Shown here piece after piece: positions 63,047 through 64,000 of a DNA stretch of 64,000 nt. The stretch is from assembly GCA_965226055.1 (NCBI GenBank), contig CBDDCA010000006.1:96001-160000 (forward strand). The letters are read 5' to 3'. The notes beneath the pieces were generated by a model. That model worked only from the letters and a program-made list of their open reading frames with translations. It ran no database searches and was not told the origin of the DNA. The stretch's first letter is position 1. The number at the start of each line of letters is the position of its first letter. The position numbers were made by a program, and so were the translations under genes. The DNA is from Spirochaetia bacterium (GTDB lineage Bacteria; Spirochaetota; Spirochaetia; WTKD01; G963693115).

Positions 63047-63933
63047 TCAGATTGTATTTCCTTTAGCTCTTGCTCAACTAAATCAAATGTATCTCGTGCT
63101 TGCCATAATAATGCCGAAGGTTTTTCTTTTGTTGATTTCCCAAACCCAAATACTCTACTAAGAGTCGAACGTATTTTCATAAGTGCCTTTTCTCGCAATT
63201 CACGTTCCTGTATTTCACCATAATGAAACTGAAGCCACGCATTCATATAGACAAAACCATCAAAGCCATAATCTCTATCTGTATCAGGACCATAGGTCTT
63301 CATATCTCTATAGTCTTCCTCCCCTTTCTCCATCATATCCATACTCTTTTGATAAAGAAACGCTGCTTTTCTATAAAATATTTTCATAAGCTGTTCTGTC
63401 CCTTCGTACCCAAAACTATGCATTAACTTACATATCCATGCACAGCGTAAAGTTACTATTGCAAGACGAAGTGTGGGAGATTCCTCCTTTAAGAAGCGAT
63501 TATAACTTGCAATAGCAAGAATATAAGCAGCAAGCCCCATCACTATATTTCTCTTAAAAGAAAAATTTGGTATCTCTTTTATAATGCCCTTTAATAAAGA
63601 AATTCTTTCTTCTCTTGCTTCCTCTTTTTTTAAGGCCATAATAGTCCGCTGTTTCACTCTACTAAGATCATCCGAAACCAAATAACTAAAATAACAAAAA
63701 TTACAAGAAACAACATTGTACAAAATAGGCAGTACAGTTCCATATTCTTCAGTACCAATATAATGTCGATGCAAATCTAAATCTAACTTACCTGCATCAA
63801 TTCTCCCTCTCCCTGTACGTAATTCTTCTTTATAGTTTTTTTCCTTGCATACCATACAGGTAAAAGGATCTTTATGAAAAAAACTTATATTCTCAAGTAT
63901 TTTTTCAGTCCCTTTCATATGTACACTTAACAT
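63043..63933 (-). CDS. DUF2225-like Zn-finger protein
   Basis: CMVC...CNFC, LRCAW, YGPDTDRDYGFDG; located between acpS and truA. Confidence 0.75.
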   Translation of the reverse strand: MLSVHMKGTEKILENISFFHKDPFTCMVCKEKNYKEELRTGRGRIDAGKLDLDLHRHYIGTEEYGTVLPILYNVVSCNFCYFSYLVSDDLSRVKQRTIMALKKEEAREERISLLKGIIKEIPNFSFKRNIVMGLAAYILAIASYNRFLKEESPTLRLAIVTLRCAWICKLMHSFGYEGTEQLMKIFYRKAAFLYQKSMDMMEKGEEDYRDMKTYGPDTDRDYGFDGFVYMNAWLQFHYGEIQERELREKALMKIRSTLSRVFGFGKSTKEKPSALLWQARDTFDLVEQELKEIQSE

Positions 63934-63948
63934 TTCATCCTCCCATAA

Positions 63949-64000
63949 TTAACATATAACTACTGTTGCTATTGCAAACTCTTTCTCATGTGCAATGGAT
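63949..64000 (-). CDS. acpS: Partial C-terminus of holo-ACP synthase
   Basis: Reads SIAHEKEFAIATVVIC*, matching the AcpS SISH...A.A.V terminus; position fits the spirochaete gene order. Confidence 0.65.
   Translation of the reverse strand, partial: SIAHEKEFAIATVVIC

Overview
AT-rich bacterial chromosome segment, most likely from a spirochaete. The gene orders acpS-DUF2225-truA-UDG-priA and recJ-M23-rpsU and a sigma54 promoter upstream of an RpoS-like sigma factor match what I recall of Borrelia/Treponema. The housekeeping backbone (argG, mutL, recJ, murB, mgtE, topA, rsmG, hpf, dusA, mnmA, priA, truA, tRNA-Leu, tRNA-Phe) is interrupted by accessory DNA. The main candidate system is three dispersed paralogous giant lipoproteins (about 1,550-1,700 aa) with a mosaic FN3-like stalk and a hypervariable BspA/DUF285 repeat tip. 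Each has a homopolymer tract that could act as a switch: T16 and T20 upstream of two promoters, and a G14 tract that currently frameshifts the signal peptide of the third. Other accessory items are a DarTG toxin-antitoxin pair inserted between recJ and the M23 gene, a non-autonomous IS1595 element (TIRs plus 8-bp TSD) carrying a frameshifted DNA methyltransferase at the dusA start, and tandem TPR genes linked to a DUF2971-like gene. Odd translation signals: rpsU appears to start at ATC, and the MATE gene has an in-frame TGA followed directly by a perfect hairpin. No CRISPR array, rRNA or reverse transcriptase was seen. All family assignments come from motif recognition, not database searches.
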